Positions 24,900 to 39,990 of a stretch of 64,000 nt of DNA are shown piece by piece; the stretch's first letter is position 1; each line of letters begins with the position of its first letter. The DNA is taken from positions 34,906,001 through 34,970,000 of the forward strand of contig OZ024755.1 of assembly GCA_964016885.1 (NCBI GenBank), given 5' to 3'. The notes below the pieces were generated by a model. The model ran no database searches and had not been told where the DNA came from. It was given only the letters and a program-made list of their open reading frames with translations. This DNA comes from Eledone cirrhosa (taxonomy: Eukaryota). A program made the position numbers and the translations under genes.

Positions 24900-25318
24900 A
24901 GTGCTATGTACAAAGCGAAACCTACAGTCAATAGGCACCTCTTAACCAAATATACACCCCAATCCACTACCCCTACCCTATCCTCCCACCAACACCACCT
25001 TCTCTCTGTAAAGTTGGTACCACAACATTCAGTCCAAATAAATGAGGTAATGAGATCGAGATCGTGTGTAGGTGTCACGACAAAAAAACACACAGTCCAC
25101 GCTGTAATGTGGCCGTGTAGGTAACACGGTAAAAAGTTCCCAGTCCACACTGTAAATGTGGTTGGTGTTAGGAAGGGCATCCAACCTTAGAAAACCCGCC
25201 AGACAGTCCTATACGAGTGAGACACGGTCAGCCGACCAACATTGCCTCAAGTGGGACAATTCGCGTCTAACCCATGCTAGCGTGGAAGACAGACGTTAAA
25301 CGAAGAGGATGATGATGA
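24900..25318 (+). mobile_element. SINE-like element with RTE-type tail
   Basis: GGTTGGTGTTAGGAAGGGCATCC..AACCCATGCTAGCGTGGAAGACAGACGTTAAACG(ATG)n. Confidence 0.75.
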
Positions 25319-25389
25319 TATATAGATATATATACATATATATATACACCCGGGTGAACCTACAATAACTCCAAGTTACACTCCCTGGA

Positions 25390-25466
25390 TATATATATAT
25401 ATATATATATATGGTATATATATATATAAATATATATATATGGTATATATATATATATAAATATAT

Positions 25467-25499
<33 letters not shown>

Positions 25500-25618
25500 T
25501 ACATATATATGTATATATATATATATATACATATATATGTATATATATATATATAAATATATATATATAAATATAAATATATATATATATACATATATAA
25601 ATATATATATATAAATAA

Positions 25619-25649
<31 letters not shown>

Positions 25650-25724
25650 AATAAATATATATATACATATATATATAAATATATATATATATACATATAT
25701 ATATATAAATATATATATATATAC

Positions 25725-25761
<37 letters not shown>

Positions 25762-25880
25762 AATATATATATACATATATATATATATATAAATATATAT
25801 ATACATATATATATATATATACATATAAATATATATATATATATATATACATATATATATAAATATATATATATATACAT

Positions 25881-25913
<33 letters not shown>

Positions 25914-25944
25914 TACATATATATATAAATATATATATATATAC

Positions 25945-25999
<55 letters not shown>

Positions 26000-26056
26000 C
26001 ATATATATATAAATATATATATATATACATATATATATAAATATATATATATATAC

Positions 26057-26105
<49 letters not shown>

Positions 26106-26106
26106 A

Positions 26107-26137
<31 letters not shown>

Positions 26138-26381
26138 AATATATATATATAAATATATATAAATATATATAATATATATATAAATATATATATGTATATA
26201 TATATATGTATAAATATATATATATATGTATATATATATATTTATATATATATAAATATATATATATACATATATATATAAATATATATACATATATATA
26301 TAAATATATACATATACATATATATATAAATATATATATATACATATATATATAAATATACATATATATATAAATATATAC

Positions 26382-26438
<57 letters not shown>

Positions 26439-26522
26439 TATATATACATATATATATAAATATATACATATATATATACATATATATATAAATATATACA
26501 TATATATATATGTATATATATG

Positions 26523-26604
<82 letters not shown>

Positions 26605-26611
26605 TATATAC

Positions 26612-26648
<37 letters not shown>

Positions 26649-26692
26649 CATTTACACACACACACACACACATACATATATATATATATTAT
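25390..26692. repeat. Long degenerate (TA)n microsatellite
   Basis: Visible. Confidence 0.95.
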
Positions 26693-27114
26693 ATGCACAT
26701 CAGTAGAAGTATTGTTTTTTTTTTCCCCCCCAAAGGTAACAACCAAAAAATATTGATTGCAAATATTGCGAGAGAACATTTTGATCAGAGATGCTGTATA
26801 TAATCAACTTTTCCAATTCTCTAGCTGAATGTAACAGTTTTTAATAACCCTCAGCAACCATTTTACCCTTCTACCATTACACATTTCATTTAGAGTTCCT
26901 CCTAGCCTTCCTGGTTTATGATGATCCTTTTTTCCCATGTTATTAGAAAACAACCATTAAGTATTTTTCAATTTCTTCTGATCCAAAATCATAAACTCTC
27001 TCCTCTGCACTTTCAATTTAAGAATGGATTCATAAAATTCACAAAATCTATTGACATATTCTGCTTACCAATTTTGGTAGCATACCGATATGGATATTAT
27101 GTGACTCAAACAAA

Positions 27115-27283
27115 TACGTACATGTATGTATGTATGTATATAAATGTGTGTGTATGCGTGTATGTATGCATGTATGTGCCTGTGTCTGCATGTATATATG
27201 TATGTGTGTGTGTGCCTGTGTGTTGTGTACATATGTAAATATGTATATATATATATGTGTACATATGCATGTATATATGCATG

Positions 27284-27322
<39 letters not shown>

Positions 27323-27486
27323 GTATGTATGTACGTATGTGTGTGATTGTGTGTGTGTATGTATATATGTAACTGTGTGTGTATCTATATATATATATGT
27401 ATGTATGTACGTATGTGTGTGTGTGCCTGTGTGTTGTGTACATATGTAAATATGTATATATGCATGTATGTATATATATATGCATG

Positions 27487-27553
<67 letters not shown>

Positions 27554-27797
27554 GTATGTACATATGTGTGATTGTGTGTGTATGTATATATGTAACTATG
27601 TGTGTATCTATATATATATATGTATGTATGTACGTATGTGTGTGTGTATGTATATATGTAACTATGTATGTATCTATATATGTATGTACATACACATGTA
27701 TGTCCCTATGTGTATGATTGCATTTAAACATACTAAAAGCATAACTATATGTGCATGTATGTGCATGTATGTGTATGTGTGTGAGTGTATGTATGTG
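27115..27797. repeat. (TG)n/(TA)n compound microsatellite
   Basis: Visible. Confidence 0.9.
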
Positions 27798-28794
27798 GGG
27801 AGATGGAGGTAGTGTATGATTTCATGTTGTATGGTATGAGCCTTCAGTTCCTTTGACAGAAAGTTGATGGAGGCCATTTTTGTCTTTGATCTTCCAGGTT
27901 TATTCTCTCCGTTTGTTTATTCCATTAGCTTGTTTAAGTATTTGCTTCCACAGTGAATGTTTAAATGATGTTGTTAGGCTCAGATCATTTTGTAGAAAAA
28001 CTGAAATGAATTTCCTGTTTTTATTTTTTTCGCCTAACTGTCGAAATGTTTCCATGTGATTTTTGTGTAATAATTCTCCCTTTCTGTGTCGTCCAGTTTT
28101 ATGCTTGTGATCTTGGAGCACCAGAATCATAGCCTCTGCTATCAACAAATATACCGATGACCTGTCAAATTCACTCATGACATTAGTGAAGCGTACTTTT
28201 AAAGAAATACCAAAGGATCAAATCATACCAAGCCTATCTGCTAATAATATTCTCTTAAGAGAAATACAAAATAGAATTTATTCTGCTTGAGGTTCCGTTC
28301 TGTCCTTATCATTATTGTGTTAATATAAATTTATCCATGCAAAAAAAAATGGGTCTGTATTAAGACATGCTACCATTTCCCTCAGATCTGATATCACTAT
28401 TTCTTCCAACACTCTCCTTAGTCTCCCTCTCTGCTTTAAGTATAGTTCACTAGTTGAAAAGAGCACTTTTTTTAACTTTTTGCATGACTTATGTATTTTA
28501 TCTTTTCATATTTTATATTTTATCTTCTTCACAAACAAAAGCCTTTTTAAATATTATGTTAAAAGCAATATCTCAAGGATTATGGACCAACTCCAGACAG
28601 TGGACAGTAACACCCGCTGCAAAAGCCACCCCCGTCTCGTGGGACTCCTTCTTCAGACAGGCTGCAGAAGGAGTATTAGACACCTGTCCTAGTCTGTCAT
28701 GACTTACTAGCTCTTTACAGACGTTTAAATTGATTACATAAATGTATAAGTGCTTATTGACACCTCTCAAAGGCGATGACACAAGACCGTAATA

Positions 28795-29138
28795 CAGAAG
28801 ACCCGACTTCCCACGGTAACAAGCGAAAGCTGAAACATCTAGACAATATTCCCCCATCCCCTCTCACTGCAAAGTGGTCGTGGAGTGTCATGACAAAAAA
28901 GCACCCTGTCAACACTGTAAACTGGTCATGTAGGCGGCATGGTAAAAAAGCACCCAGCACTCACTGTAAATGAGGTTGGTGTTAGGAAAGGCATCCAGCT
29001 GTAGAAATCAAGCCAGAATCAGTTCCCGTATGAGTAAGACATGGTCACCCGACCTGACACTGCCCACAACAGGACAACTCGTCTAACCCATTCTAGCGTG
29101 GAAGAATGGACATAAAATGATGATGATGATGATGATGA
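28795..29138 (+). mobile_element. SINE-like element with RTE-type tail
   Basis: Homologous to 5980-6488 without the 49-bp expansion. Confidence 0.75.
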
Positions 29139-29344
29139 CAAAGAGATTTTGAGAAATATTGTGTGGTGGAACAAGATTGTTTTGGAGCTCTTCACTACGT
29201 GGAAGAAATATTATTCTTAAAATTGAGTATTTAAGGTTTAAATGAAACTTAAACTAACGATTATGTTTTTACAAAAACCCAATACAGGGGTGGTGGTGGT
29301 GGGAATTTGGTCAATTTAATTCTTTGAGAGGTGTAGTTGGGTAA

Positions 29345-29492
29345 GGTCGGCTTTTATCACCTCATCCCAGGTCATCTTGGGTCTCCCCACTCCGCGGTTT
29401 CCATCAACTTCTAGTGCTCTGCACCTTTTTATGCAGCTGTCATCCTTCATACGCATCACATGTCCATACCAGCGCAACCGCCTCTCCTGCGT
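29345..29492 (-). mobile_element. RTE LINE C-terminal fragment
   Basis: QERRLRWYGHVMRMKDDSCIKRCRALEVDGNRGVGRPKMTWDEVI. Confidence 0.85.
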
Positions 29493-30317
29493 ACGGTTTA
29501 TAATTTTTTATCCCATTAGTAAAATAAGATGGATTACTTTGAATAAATATGAATGACTATTACATAATTTATCTACTAAATTTCGTGGCTGTTGATTAAA
29601 TATATTTTATTACTTATTTAAAGATTCACTTCTTTAAAATTTTCAAATGTCAACACTTCCGGTTAGCGATCGCTTAAATAAATATTTATATATTTCTGTC
29701 ACTAATTTTCTCCTAATGCAGTTTATATATAATATCGTCTTTTATTAATGTATCATGGATTACGTTACTGATTACACAAGACAGTGTAACAACGTCTTCG
29801 TTTAATTTCTGTGTATATTGTCAATTACGATTTTATTTGCTATATCATATCTACATGCATATATAATATCAATAAACACACTACACGTGCTAGCAGAAAA
29901 CCACCCGAGGGGTGGTTTTTCTGCTAGTATATGTAAGAAGGCTAAGACAATGTAAAATAAATGGTAAGATGAAGGTAAGACAAGCGTTAGTAACCTGGTA
30001 ATCTTCTTTGTTCCTTTAGTAAATACGTTATTTCATGTGTACCAGATTGACCAGGGGGCAAGATACATTTTACAAAACAATGAAAGGTCTAATCAACTAA
30101 TCAACTAATGAACTATTCTGTTTTTTTTGTTTTGTTTTTTATAGACAAAATATCATATAAAAACATTAAAATCAATTTGTTTCTTAGTAAGACCTGATTC
30201 AATACTTAGCCTTGTTAAATCAATAAATCAAGAGACATGATAAACTTTAAAACATCTTTACGATATAACCCATGCAAGACCGGAAAAGAGGACGTACAAA
30301 CGATGATGGTGATGATG

Positions 30318-31080
<763 letters not shown>

Positions 31081-31600
31081 GGATAACAAGGTATCATTTA
31101 AGGTAATACAGCTAGAGATTGTGAGTACTTTGTGTTGAAGATAGTTTTAACGTACGGCGTTGTCTGACTGAACAAGAAGTTTCCTTAGTCAGGTGGACAG
31201 TTTAAGAAAGTTCCTAGGCAGGCGGTTCTTGGAGTAAAAATAGTAAAAGAATAAAGAATAACATGGTCGACTGTACAAAAAGGGTTTAGTCACAGTATTA
31301 ACAATTGTTTCATTAATCAGGTGAGTCTAAAGACCGCTGATCGCTAGAAATTACATCACTCGACCTTAATTACTGTGTGTGTCTCTGATCAAATCATCGG
31401 AATACTGTATTCCGATGTTTTGATCAAAGACACACACTGTAATTAGGGACTCGGCTGTGAACCTTTCGGAGAGCGACCGGTTCTTGGAGAGTTATGTAAG
31501 TATGTAAAAGGTAAACAGAAATAACAAAAATAACAAAACCCATGTCACAGTACTTGGAAGAAATATATTAGTTTAATGCTTGAAATAGCAGGAAAGAGAG

Positions 31601-31636
31601 TCTTAACGTTTCGGACACTAGTCCTTCATCAGAAGA
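31601..31636 (-). ncRNA. Minimal type I hammerhead ribozyme motif
   Basis: UCUU-CUGAUGA-AGGACUAGUGUCC-GAAA-CG-UU-AAGA: stem II GGAC/GUCC, palindromic ACGU stem III, stem I UCUU/AAGA. Confidence 0.8.
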
Positions 31637-31970
31637 TAGAGTTAGAAATAGAAGATAAATAGGAAGTAAAGAGTGATGATAGAAAAGAATGAGGAAAAAT
31701 TAGAAAAAAAAATGGGAAGAAAAAAAACACGTATTCTGTTGGCTATCATACATACATTTTATGATATATATATCTGCTGATATTACCTAGCTAGAATTTT
31801 CAACAATGTTCTCAAACTAATACAAACATTTGTCTATATCTCTCAAAGTTTGTAGTCATTTAATAAGGTTAGCCATTTTATAAGTTACAATTCTGTTTTT
31901 CTGAAAATTTGTTTTAATAGTAAATGCTGAATTTTTATTCTTCCACCTTTGTCTAGGTTACTTTCAAGCC

Positions 31971-32165
31971 TTAACCCTTTAGCATTTACATTAATCTATA
32001 TTTACTTTTGTATTTTCACATGTTGAATCTATGTGATTTTGATGTTATTTATTTTGAGAACAATACCTTAACATCAATATGAGTGGCTGGATACAGCCTG
32101 GTTTGAACAGAAAGAAGTGAAAAAATTCTGGCCAGAAACAGCCAGTTTAAATGCTAAAGGGTTAA
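31971..32165. mobile_element. piggyBac-type MITE
   Basis: TTAA-CCCTTTAGCATTTA..TAAATGCTAAAGGG-TTAA. Confidence 0.85.
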
Positions 32166-33047
32166 AACATAGTTAATACTACACAAATATTATTGATCCA
32201 AGGTGAAAAAATTCTGGCCAGAAGCAGCCAGTTTAAATGCTAAAGGGTTAAAACATAGTTAATACTACACAAATATTATTGATCCAAGGTGAAAAAATTC
32301 TGGCCAGAAGCAGCCAGTTTAAATGCTAAAGGGTTAAAACATAGTTAATACTACACAAATATTATTGATCCAAGGTGAAAAAATTCTGGCCAGAAGCAGC
32401 CAGTTTAAATGCTAAAGGGTTAAAACATATAGTTAATACTACACAAATATTATTGATCCAAGGTGAAAAAATTCTGGCCAGAAGCAGCCAGTTTAAATGC
32501 TAAAGGGTTAAAACATATAGTTAATACTACACAAATATTATTGATCCAAGGTGAAAAAATTCTGGCCAGAAACAGCCAGTTTAAATGCTAAAGGGTTAAA
32601 ACATAGTTAATACTACACAAATATTATTGATCCAAGGTGAAAAAATTCTGGCCAGAAGCAGCCAGTTTAAATGCTAAAGGGTTAAAACATAGTTAATACT
32701 ACACAAATATTATTGATCCAAGGTGAAAAAATTCTGGCCAGAAGCAGCCAGTTTAAATGCTAAAGGGTTAAAACATATAGTTAATACTACACAAATATTA
32801 TTGATCCAAGGTGAGAGAATTCTGGCCAGAAGCAGCCAGTTTAAATGCTAAAGGGTTAAAACATATAGTTAATACTACACAAATATTATTGATCCAAGGT
32901 GAAAAAATTCTGGCCAGAAGCAGCCAGTTTAAATGCTAAAGGGTTAAAACATATAGTTAATACTACACAAATATTATTGATCCAAGGCCAGAAGCAGCCA
33001 GTTTAAATGCTAAAGGGTTAAAACATATAGTTAATACTACACAAATA
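32118..33047. repeat. 86-88-bp tandem array of MITE end plus flank (11 TIR copies)
   Basis: Unit GGTGAAAAAATTCTGGCCAGAAGCAGCCAGTTTAAATGCTAAAGGGTTAAAACATAGTTAATACTACACAAATATTATTGATCCAA. Confidence 0.95.
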
Positions 33048-33868
33048 TAAAGCATAACTTTCTAAAATACATATCTTATGGTGAATCATCTGTATCAGGA
33101 ATTTCTGCTAAGTTGGCAGCAGGTGTTTTGTTGTTATGTACTATTCTTTCTATTTATGCAATTCAGTACAATAAACAGACGCCGTTATAACTAGAAAAAA
33201 TTTGGTTTTACCAAATTAAAGCAAAGAATTCACTGAACACCAGTTGATTAGGTTTTCAAATCAAATAAACACCACAAAAATCCCTTTTCATTTTTTTCAA
33301 CTCAATTAAGTACCTTTTTTTGCAACTCAGGGATGACGACATCAATCCTATGTCAAAATATAAAAAATAACAAAAAAAAAAAAAAAATGTATCTTTAAAA
33401 CATAATTCCATCCTGTTTCTGTGAAGGGGAGTTTTTGTTTTAATTTATAGTAGAATGAATCTCCCTCCTATTCCTCATCATCACTATTATCACCATCATT
33501 ACCATCACCATCATCATCATCATCATCATCAACATCCTTACCATCACCATCATCATCATCAACATCCTTACCATAACCATCATCATCATCACCAACATCA
33601 TTACCATCACCCACCTTGGTAGATTGATAGGCATATCTTCATTACAATTTATGATATAAAATACATGGATAAGTAGTTTAACACCTCTCACTTGCAATAT
33701 TTCTTCAGAGTATAAGTAAAGAAATCTAATTTAAACGTGTAAGACCCAGCTACAATATATAAACATTCAGAGCTATGGTGCTTTTTTGAGTTCTTCACAA
33801 GTAGTTTTAAGTAATGGCTTTGGAACAGGTATCTATATTTAGAATCTTCTAAGCTTTTTGATGTCATG

Positions 33869-34163
33869 TTAACCCATTAGCATTACTTTATATTTACTAT
33901 TGTATTTTTGAGGTAAAGGCTTTACCTCACATAATTATCTTGCATCACATTTACATTACTCTATATTTACTGTTGTATTTTGTGGTCAAGGCTTTACCTT
34001 ACATAATTATCTCACATAACATTGAATCTATGAGATTTTGATATTATTTATTTTGAGAACAATACCTTCACATCAGTATGAGCAGCCAGTTGCAGCTGGT
34101 TTGAACAGAAAGAGGTGAGAGAATTCTGGTTGGATACAACCAGTTTAAATGCTAAAGTGCTAA
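33869..34163. mobile_element. piggyBac-type MITE with an internal duplication
   Basis: TTAACCC start; two copies of the internal ~72-bp module. Confidence 0.75.
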
Positions 34164-34328
34164 ACCTATAAGACCCAACAAGGGGGGGGGGGGAGAAAGA
34201 GGAGGAGGAGGTGATGATGAAGAAGAGGATGGAGATGGGTATTCAAAGTTCACAGTAATGTAGAAAGTATATGTTGTGTAGCCTATGATTCTATTATAGT
34301 TACATCTTATTATGTTTAGCTTCAGGTC

Positions 34329-36033
34329 AGCTTTACTGTGAAAATACAATAGTAAATATAGAGTAATGTAAATGTTATGTGAGATATTATGTGAGGTAAA
34401 GCCTTTACCATGAAAATACAATAGTATATATAGAGTAATGTAAATGTTATGTGAGATATTATGTGAGGTAAAGCCTTTACCATGAAAATACAATAGTATA
34501 TATAGAGTAATGTAAATGTTATGTGAGATATTATGAGAGGTAAAGCCTTTACCATGAAAATACAATAGTATATATAGAGTAATGTAAAATAATTATGTGA
34601 GGTAAAGCCTTTACCATGAAAATACAATAGCATATATAGAGTAATGTAAATGTTATGTGAGATAATTATGTGAGGTAAAGCCTTTACCATGAAAATACAA
34701 TAGTATATATAGAGTAATGTAAATGTTATGTGAGATATTATGTGAGGTAAAGCCTTTACTATGAAAATACAATAGTATATATAGAGTAATGTAAATGTTA
34801 TGTGAGATATTATGTGAGGTAAAGCCTTTACCATGAAAATACAATAGTATATATAGAGTAATGTAAATGTTATGTGAGATATTATGTGAGGTAAAGCCTT
34901 TACTATAAAAATACAATAGTATATATAGAGTAATGTAAATGTTATGTGAGATATTATGTAAGGTAAAGCCTTTACTATGAAAATACAATAGTATATATAG
35001 AGTAATGTAAATGTTATGTGAGATAATTATGTGAGGTAAACCCTTTACCATGAAAATACAATAGTATATATAGAGTAATGTAAATGTTATGTGAGATATG
35101 TGAGGTAAAGCCTTTACTGTGAAAATACAATAGTATATATAGAGTAATGTAAATGTTATGTGAGATAATTATGTGAGGTAAAGCCTTTACCATGAAAATA
35201 CAATAGTATATATAGAGTAATGTAAATGTTATGCGAGATATTATGAGAGGTAAAACCTTTACCATGAAAATACAATAGTATATATAGAGTAATGTAAATG
35301 TTATGTGAGATATTATGTGAGGTAAACCCTTTACCATGAAAATACAATAGTATATATAGAGTAATGTAAATGTTATGTGAGATATTATGTGAGGTAAAGC
35401 CTTTACCATGAAAATACAATAGTATATATAGAGTAATGTAAATGTTATGTGAGATATTATGTGAGGTAAAGCCTTTACCATGAAAATACAATAGTATATA
35501 TAGAGTAATGTAAATGTTATGTGAGATATTATGTGAGGTAAAGCCTTTACCATGAAAATACAATAGTATATATAGAGTAATGTAAATGTTATGTGAGATA
35601 TTATGTGAGGTAAAGCCTTTACCATGAAAATACAATAGTATATATAGAGTAATGTAAATGTTATGTGAGATATTATGTGAGGTAAAGCCTTTACCATGAA
35701 AATACAATAGTATATATAGAGTAATGTAAATGTTATGTGAGATATTATGTAAGGTAAAGCCTTTACTGTGAAAATACAATAGTATATATAGAGTAATGTA
35801 AATGTTATGTGAGATAATTATGTGAGGTAAAGCCTTTACCATGAAAATACAATAGTATATATAGAGTAATGTAAATGTTATGTGAGATATTATGTGAGGT
35901 AAAGACTTTACTGTGAAAATACAATAGTATATATAGAGTAATGTAAATGTTATGTGAGATATTATGTGAGGTAAAGCCTTTACCATGAAAATACAATAGT
36001 ATATATAGAGTAATGTAAATGTTAAAGGGTTAA
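34329..36033. repeat. 72-bp minisatellite (~23 units) derived from the MITE interior
   Basis: Unit GTGAGGTAAAGCCTTTACCATGAAAATACAATAGTATATATAGAGTAATGTAAATGTTATGTGAGATATTAT; ends in AAAGGG-TTAA. Confidence 0.95.
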
Positions 36034-36287
36034 AATATTAAAAAGGTTCCTATTACTAATCAATAAAATACTATGAATATGTAAATGACATTAAATAGCA
36101 GGAGACAGTAAGCATGCAGGTCTGAACACAGAGGAGCCAAACTCCCACTGCCATCACTTCCATCCCATTTGACCTCCCCATCTCTCACTATTATGAGCAA
36201 ATGGGGTCCCACGTGCTGGCCGCCCCACAGCATGTACAAATTCAAACAGGGTCCATTCTGAAAACATGCCCTATTAATAAGCTAAAA

Positions 36288-36487
36288 TGATTTCTAGTAT
36301 AGGCACAAGGCCAGTAATTTGGGGGGAAGGGAAAGTCGATTTAATGGTAATTTATTTTATCGACCCCGTAAGGATGAAAGGCAAAGTTAACCTCGGCGGG
36401 ATTTGAAATCAGACTGTAAAGGACCGTAACTCTATGCTGCAAAGCATGGTGTCTGACTCTCTACTGCTACTGCCAATCCACTGCCCT
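36288..36487 (-). mobile_element. SINE family N
   Basis: Homology to other copies. Confidence 0.85.
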
Positions 36488-36655
36488 TTATAAGCTAAAA
36501 GCCTTTCTATGGTTGATGTCTTGCTAGAAATAGCAACAAAATCTTCCTCAGAATTCTTTCTATTTCCTTATAAAAGGAAGGATGCATTAGACAATGTAGT
36601 TGTATTTATATTATGGCTGAAATAAGACATTAGAGATGTCTTTGATCATCAGCTT

Positions 36656-36848
36656 AATTATCTCACATTATATCGAATTATCTCACACAATTATCTCACA
36701 TCATATCGAATCTATGAGATTTTGATATTATTTATTTTGAAAACAATACCTTAACATCAGCACGAATGCTAAGTTACAGCCAGCTTGAACAGAAAGAGGT
36801 AAGAGGATTCTGGCCGGTTAGGGGCTGGTTTAAATACTAAAGGGTTAA
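36656..36848. mobile_element. piggyBac-type MITE, partial
   Basis: Ends CTAAAGGG-TTAA. Confidence 0.7.
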
Positions 36849-37811
36849 ACCCTATCATATAGAATTAACCTGGCATCAAAAGAACTTAGTGGATGAAAAC
36901 AGATGGCAGTTTTGAATTGAGTCTATCTACCACCTTACACAGATTGTTAATTATACAACTAGAGATTCTTGAGAGAAGTCTGCCTTATTTGTGTTTAACT
37001 TCAATGATTTTGATGATTTGAGCTGCAAACTGGTGATAATGGGGCAATAATAAATAATCTCATAATAGGAAGAAAAGGGAAAAGATAGGGAGCATTGAGG
37101 ATTTCTGATGTAGGTCAACCTAGGGAAATATATATCTGTTATATCAAATGATGGAACAATGATAATTAATCTGGTTTATTCCCCAATATAATGATATCTA
37201 TTGGTGAGAGGTTAAAATATACATTGAGAATAATTCCAATATTCATTTCGTTGCAGTTCTAATTAATTAATTAATTTGAATCTATCGTGATAATATTGTC
37301 TGCATTTGGCACATCAGGTCATATTAATATTCTTATCGGGTGCGAGCAAATAGAATTCAAATTTACATTACACTATAGTTATTGTAGTAGTAGTTGTTGT
37401 TATAATCTTCATCTAAAGCTATAATATTTGTTATTATTGATGAGATGCTAGTTGTGGTGATAATATTAGTATTGATAGTTGTGGCGATGTGTCGTTGCTA
37501 TTGATGTTGAAATGTGATGTAAGTTCTTTGTTGTTGATTTGTAATGGGTGCCAGGGCTGACTTCACTTTCCATGGATCCAAGGATCAATAGAAAATATAT
37601 AGCAACAATAGACAGGGCTTCATTCAGTCAACTATATCCTTCACTAACAAAAGTTTATCCTTATTCTTATACAAGAAATCTATATTACTGCAGCTGTTGG
37701 TAATGTTGTTATAATTGCTGTTGATTAGAGATGGTGTTGCCGTTGTTGTTACCTGTATGTAGACATCAATACTGTTGTAACAGTTGTATTGCTATTGTGA
37801 CGGCTATTGTA

Positions 37812-38411
37812 GGGCGGCAGATTGGCAGTGTCAGTTGAGGGTTGGATGCCATGCTTTGCAGCATAGAGTTACGGCCCTTTATGGTCCGAGTTCAAATCCT
37901 GCTGAGATTAACTCTCCCTTTCAACCTTACGGGGGTCAATAAAATAAAGTACCAGTAATGTACTGAGGTAATTGTTGGCCTTGTGCCAAAAGTAGAAACA
38001 ATTATTATTCGGTGGATTGGCAGTATCGGTAGAGAGTCTGACACCGTGCTTTGCAGCATAGAGTTACGTCCCTTTATGTTCTGAGTTCAAATTACACCGA
38101 GGTTGACTTTGCCTTTCATCCTTACAGGGTCGATAAAATAAAGTACCAGTAATGTACTGGGGCGATCTAAACGACTTTCCCCTCCCCCAAATTACTGGCC
38201 TTGTGCCTATTGTAGAAATCATTATCATTGGTGGATTGGCAGTATCGGTAGAGGGTGGGACGTCATGCTTTGATGCATAGAGTTACGGCCCTTGCCATTT
38301 TGAGTTCAAATCCCGCCGAGGTTAACTTTGCCTTTCATCCTTACGGGGTCGATAAAATAAAGTACCAGTAATCTACTGTTAATTGCTGGCCTTGTGCCAA
38401 TAGTAGAAACA

Positions 38412-38449
<38 letters not shown>

Positions 38450-38541
38450 AATAAAGTACCAGTAATGCACTGGGGTTGATTTAGTCGATTTTCCCCTCCC
38501 CCAAAATAGCTGGTCTTGTGTCTATAGTAGAAACAATTATT
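37812..38541 (+). mobile_element. Head-to-tail cluster of three SINE N copies plus a tail fragment
   Basis: Repeated GATTGGCAGT heads and AGAAACAATTATT tails. Confidence 0.85.
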
Positions 38542-38835
38542 ACAGCTATTGTTGGAAGTCAGCATAGTTATAGATATTACAGTTGGTACTGTTAGTAACT
38601 AGTTTCCATTGTTAGTATTATCATTTTGTTGTTCATGGTTGGTGTTAGGAAGGGCATCCAGAAGTAAAAACCCCGGCCTAATTTACAATCCCATTAGAGT
38701 AAGGTACAGTTTGGCCAATCCTGGCCAGGCAGGACTTGTCTCTCGATGTAAACGATCCATCTGACCCATGCAACCAATGCCGGATTTACCATTGTGCTTA
38801 GGTGTCCTTAAACACAGGGCCCAAGTAAGGGGCCT

Positions 38836-39120
38836 CATAACTTAACTAGCAGAGGACCTCATTTGTCCTAAATCATAACTTAACTAGTACAGGGCCTCAT
38901 TTGTCCTAAATCATAATTTAACTAGCAGAGGGCCTCATTTGTCCTAAATCATAACTTAACTAGCACAGGGCCTCATTTGTCCTAAATCATAACTTAACTA
39001 GCAGAGGGCCTTATTTGTCCTAAATCATAACTTAACTAGCACAGGGCCTCATTTGTCCTAAATCATAACTTAACTAGCACAGGGCCTCATTTGTCCTAAA
39101 TCATAACTTAACTAGCAGAG
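38836..39120. repeat. 38-bp minisatellite (~7.5 units) inserted in a SINE tail
   Basis: Unit CATAACTTAACTAGCACAGGGCCTCATTTGTCCTAAAT; the SINE tail breaks at ACCCATGCA (38764-72) and resumes at AGCATGGAAAAATGGAC (39134). Confidence 0.9.
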
Positions 39121-39204
39121 AGCCCCATATTCAAGCATGGAAAAATGGACATTAAATGGTGATGATGATGGTGATAATGAACTCATCAACACCATTATTT
39201 CTAA

Positions 39205-39428
39205 TGTTGGTATGCCCATGTGATATGCTTGGATGATGACTGCTGGGTGAAGAATTGTCAAGTAATCTCAGTGGAAGGAAGACGCAGAAGAGGAAGACCA
39301 CGAAAAACATGGGCGGAGGTGGTGAGAATTGACCTTAAATTGCTGAAGCTCACAGAGGAGATGATGAAGGACTGTGACAAATGGAAAGATAATGTGCTGA
39401 AGAGGACTCGTCCCGCTTTTGCAAGCAA
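39205..39428 (+). mobile_element. RTE LINE 3' fragment
   Basis: DDDCWVKNC..GRPRKTWAEVVRIDL; same family as 4538-4880. Confidence 0.85.
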
Positions 39429-39644
39429 GTGCTATTGTTTCTGTCAGCAAAATTATACATTCAAGATCAAGATCTACACAGCCATCCTTCTGTCCACCCA
39501 GCCTTCTGTCCACCCAGCCACCCATCTATCCATCATTCCATGTAAACCTAAGAAAAGGAGAGTATATTTATGAGATAGCCATTGTCATTAAAACACCTCA
39601 TATTTATATCAAATTGTCATTAAAACACCTCATATTTATATCAA

Positions 39645-39990
39645 TACAACAACAATACAACAACATAACAACAACAATATAACAACAATACAACAACAAC
39701 ATATCAATACAACAACACAACAACAACATAACAGAACAACATAACACCACAACAACAACACAACAATACAACAACAACACAACAACATAACAACAACATA
39801 ACATAACACAACAACAACACAACAACACAACAACAACATAACATAACAACAACAACATAACATAACAACAACAACATAACATAACAACAACACAACAACA
39901 CAACAACAACAACAACAACAACACAACAACAACAACATAACAACACAACAATATAACAACAATACAACAACATAACAACAACACAACATA
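39645..39990. repeat. (CAA)n-rich microsatellite
   Basis: Visible. Confidence 0.9.

Noticed and set aside
25296-26779. YI-repeat ORFs (also at 13200, 27048 and 30237)
   Set aside because: (TA)n microsatellite artefacts
34152-35996. 24-aa repeat protein ORFs
   Set aside because: Product of the 72-bp MITE-derived minisatellite; frames shift at indels
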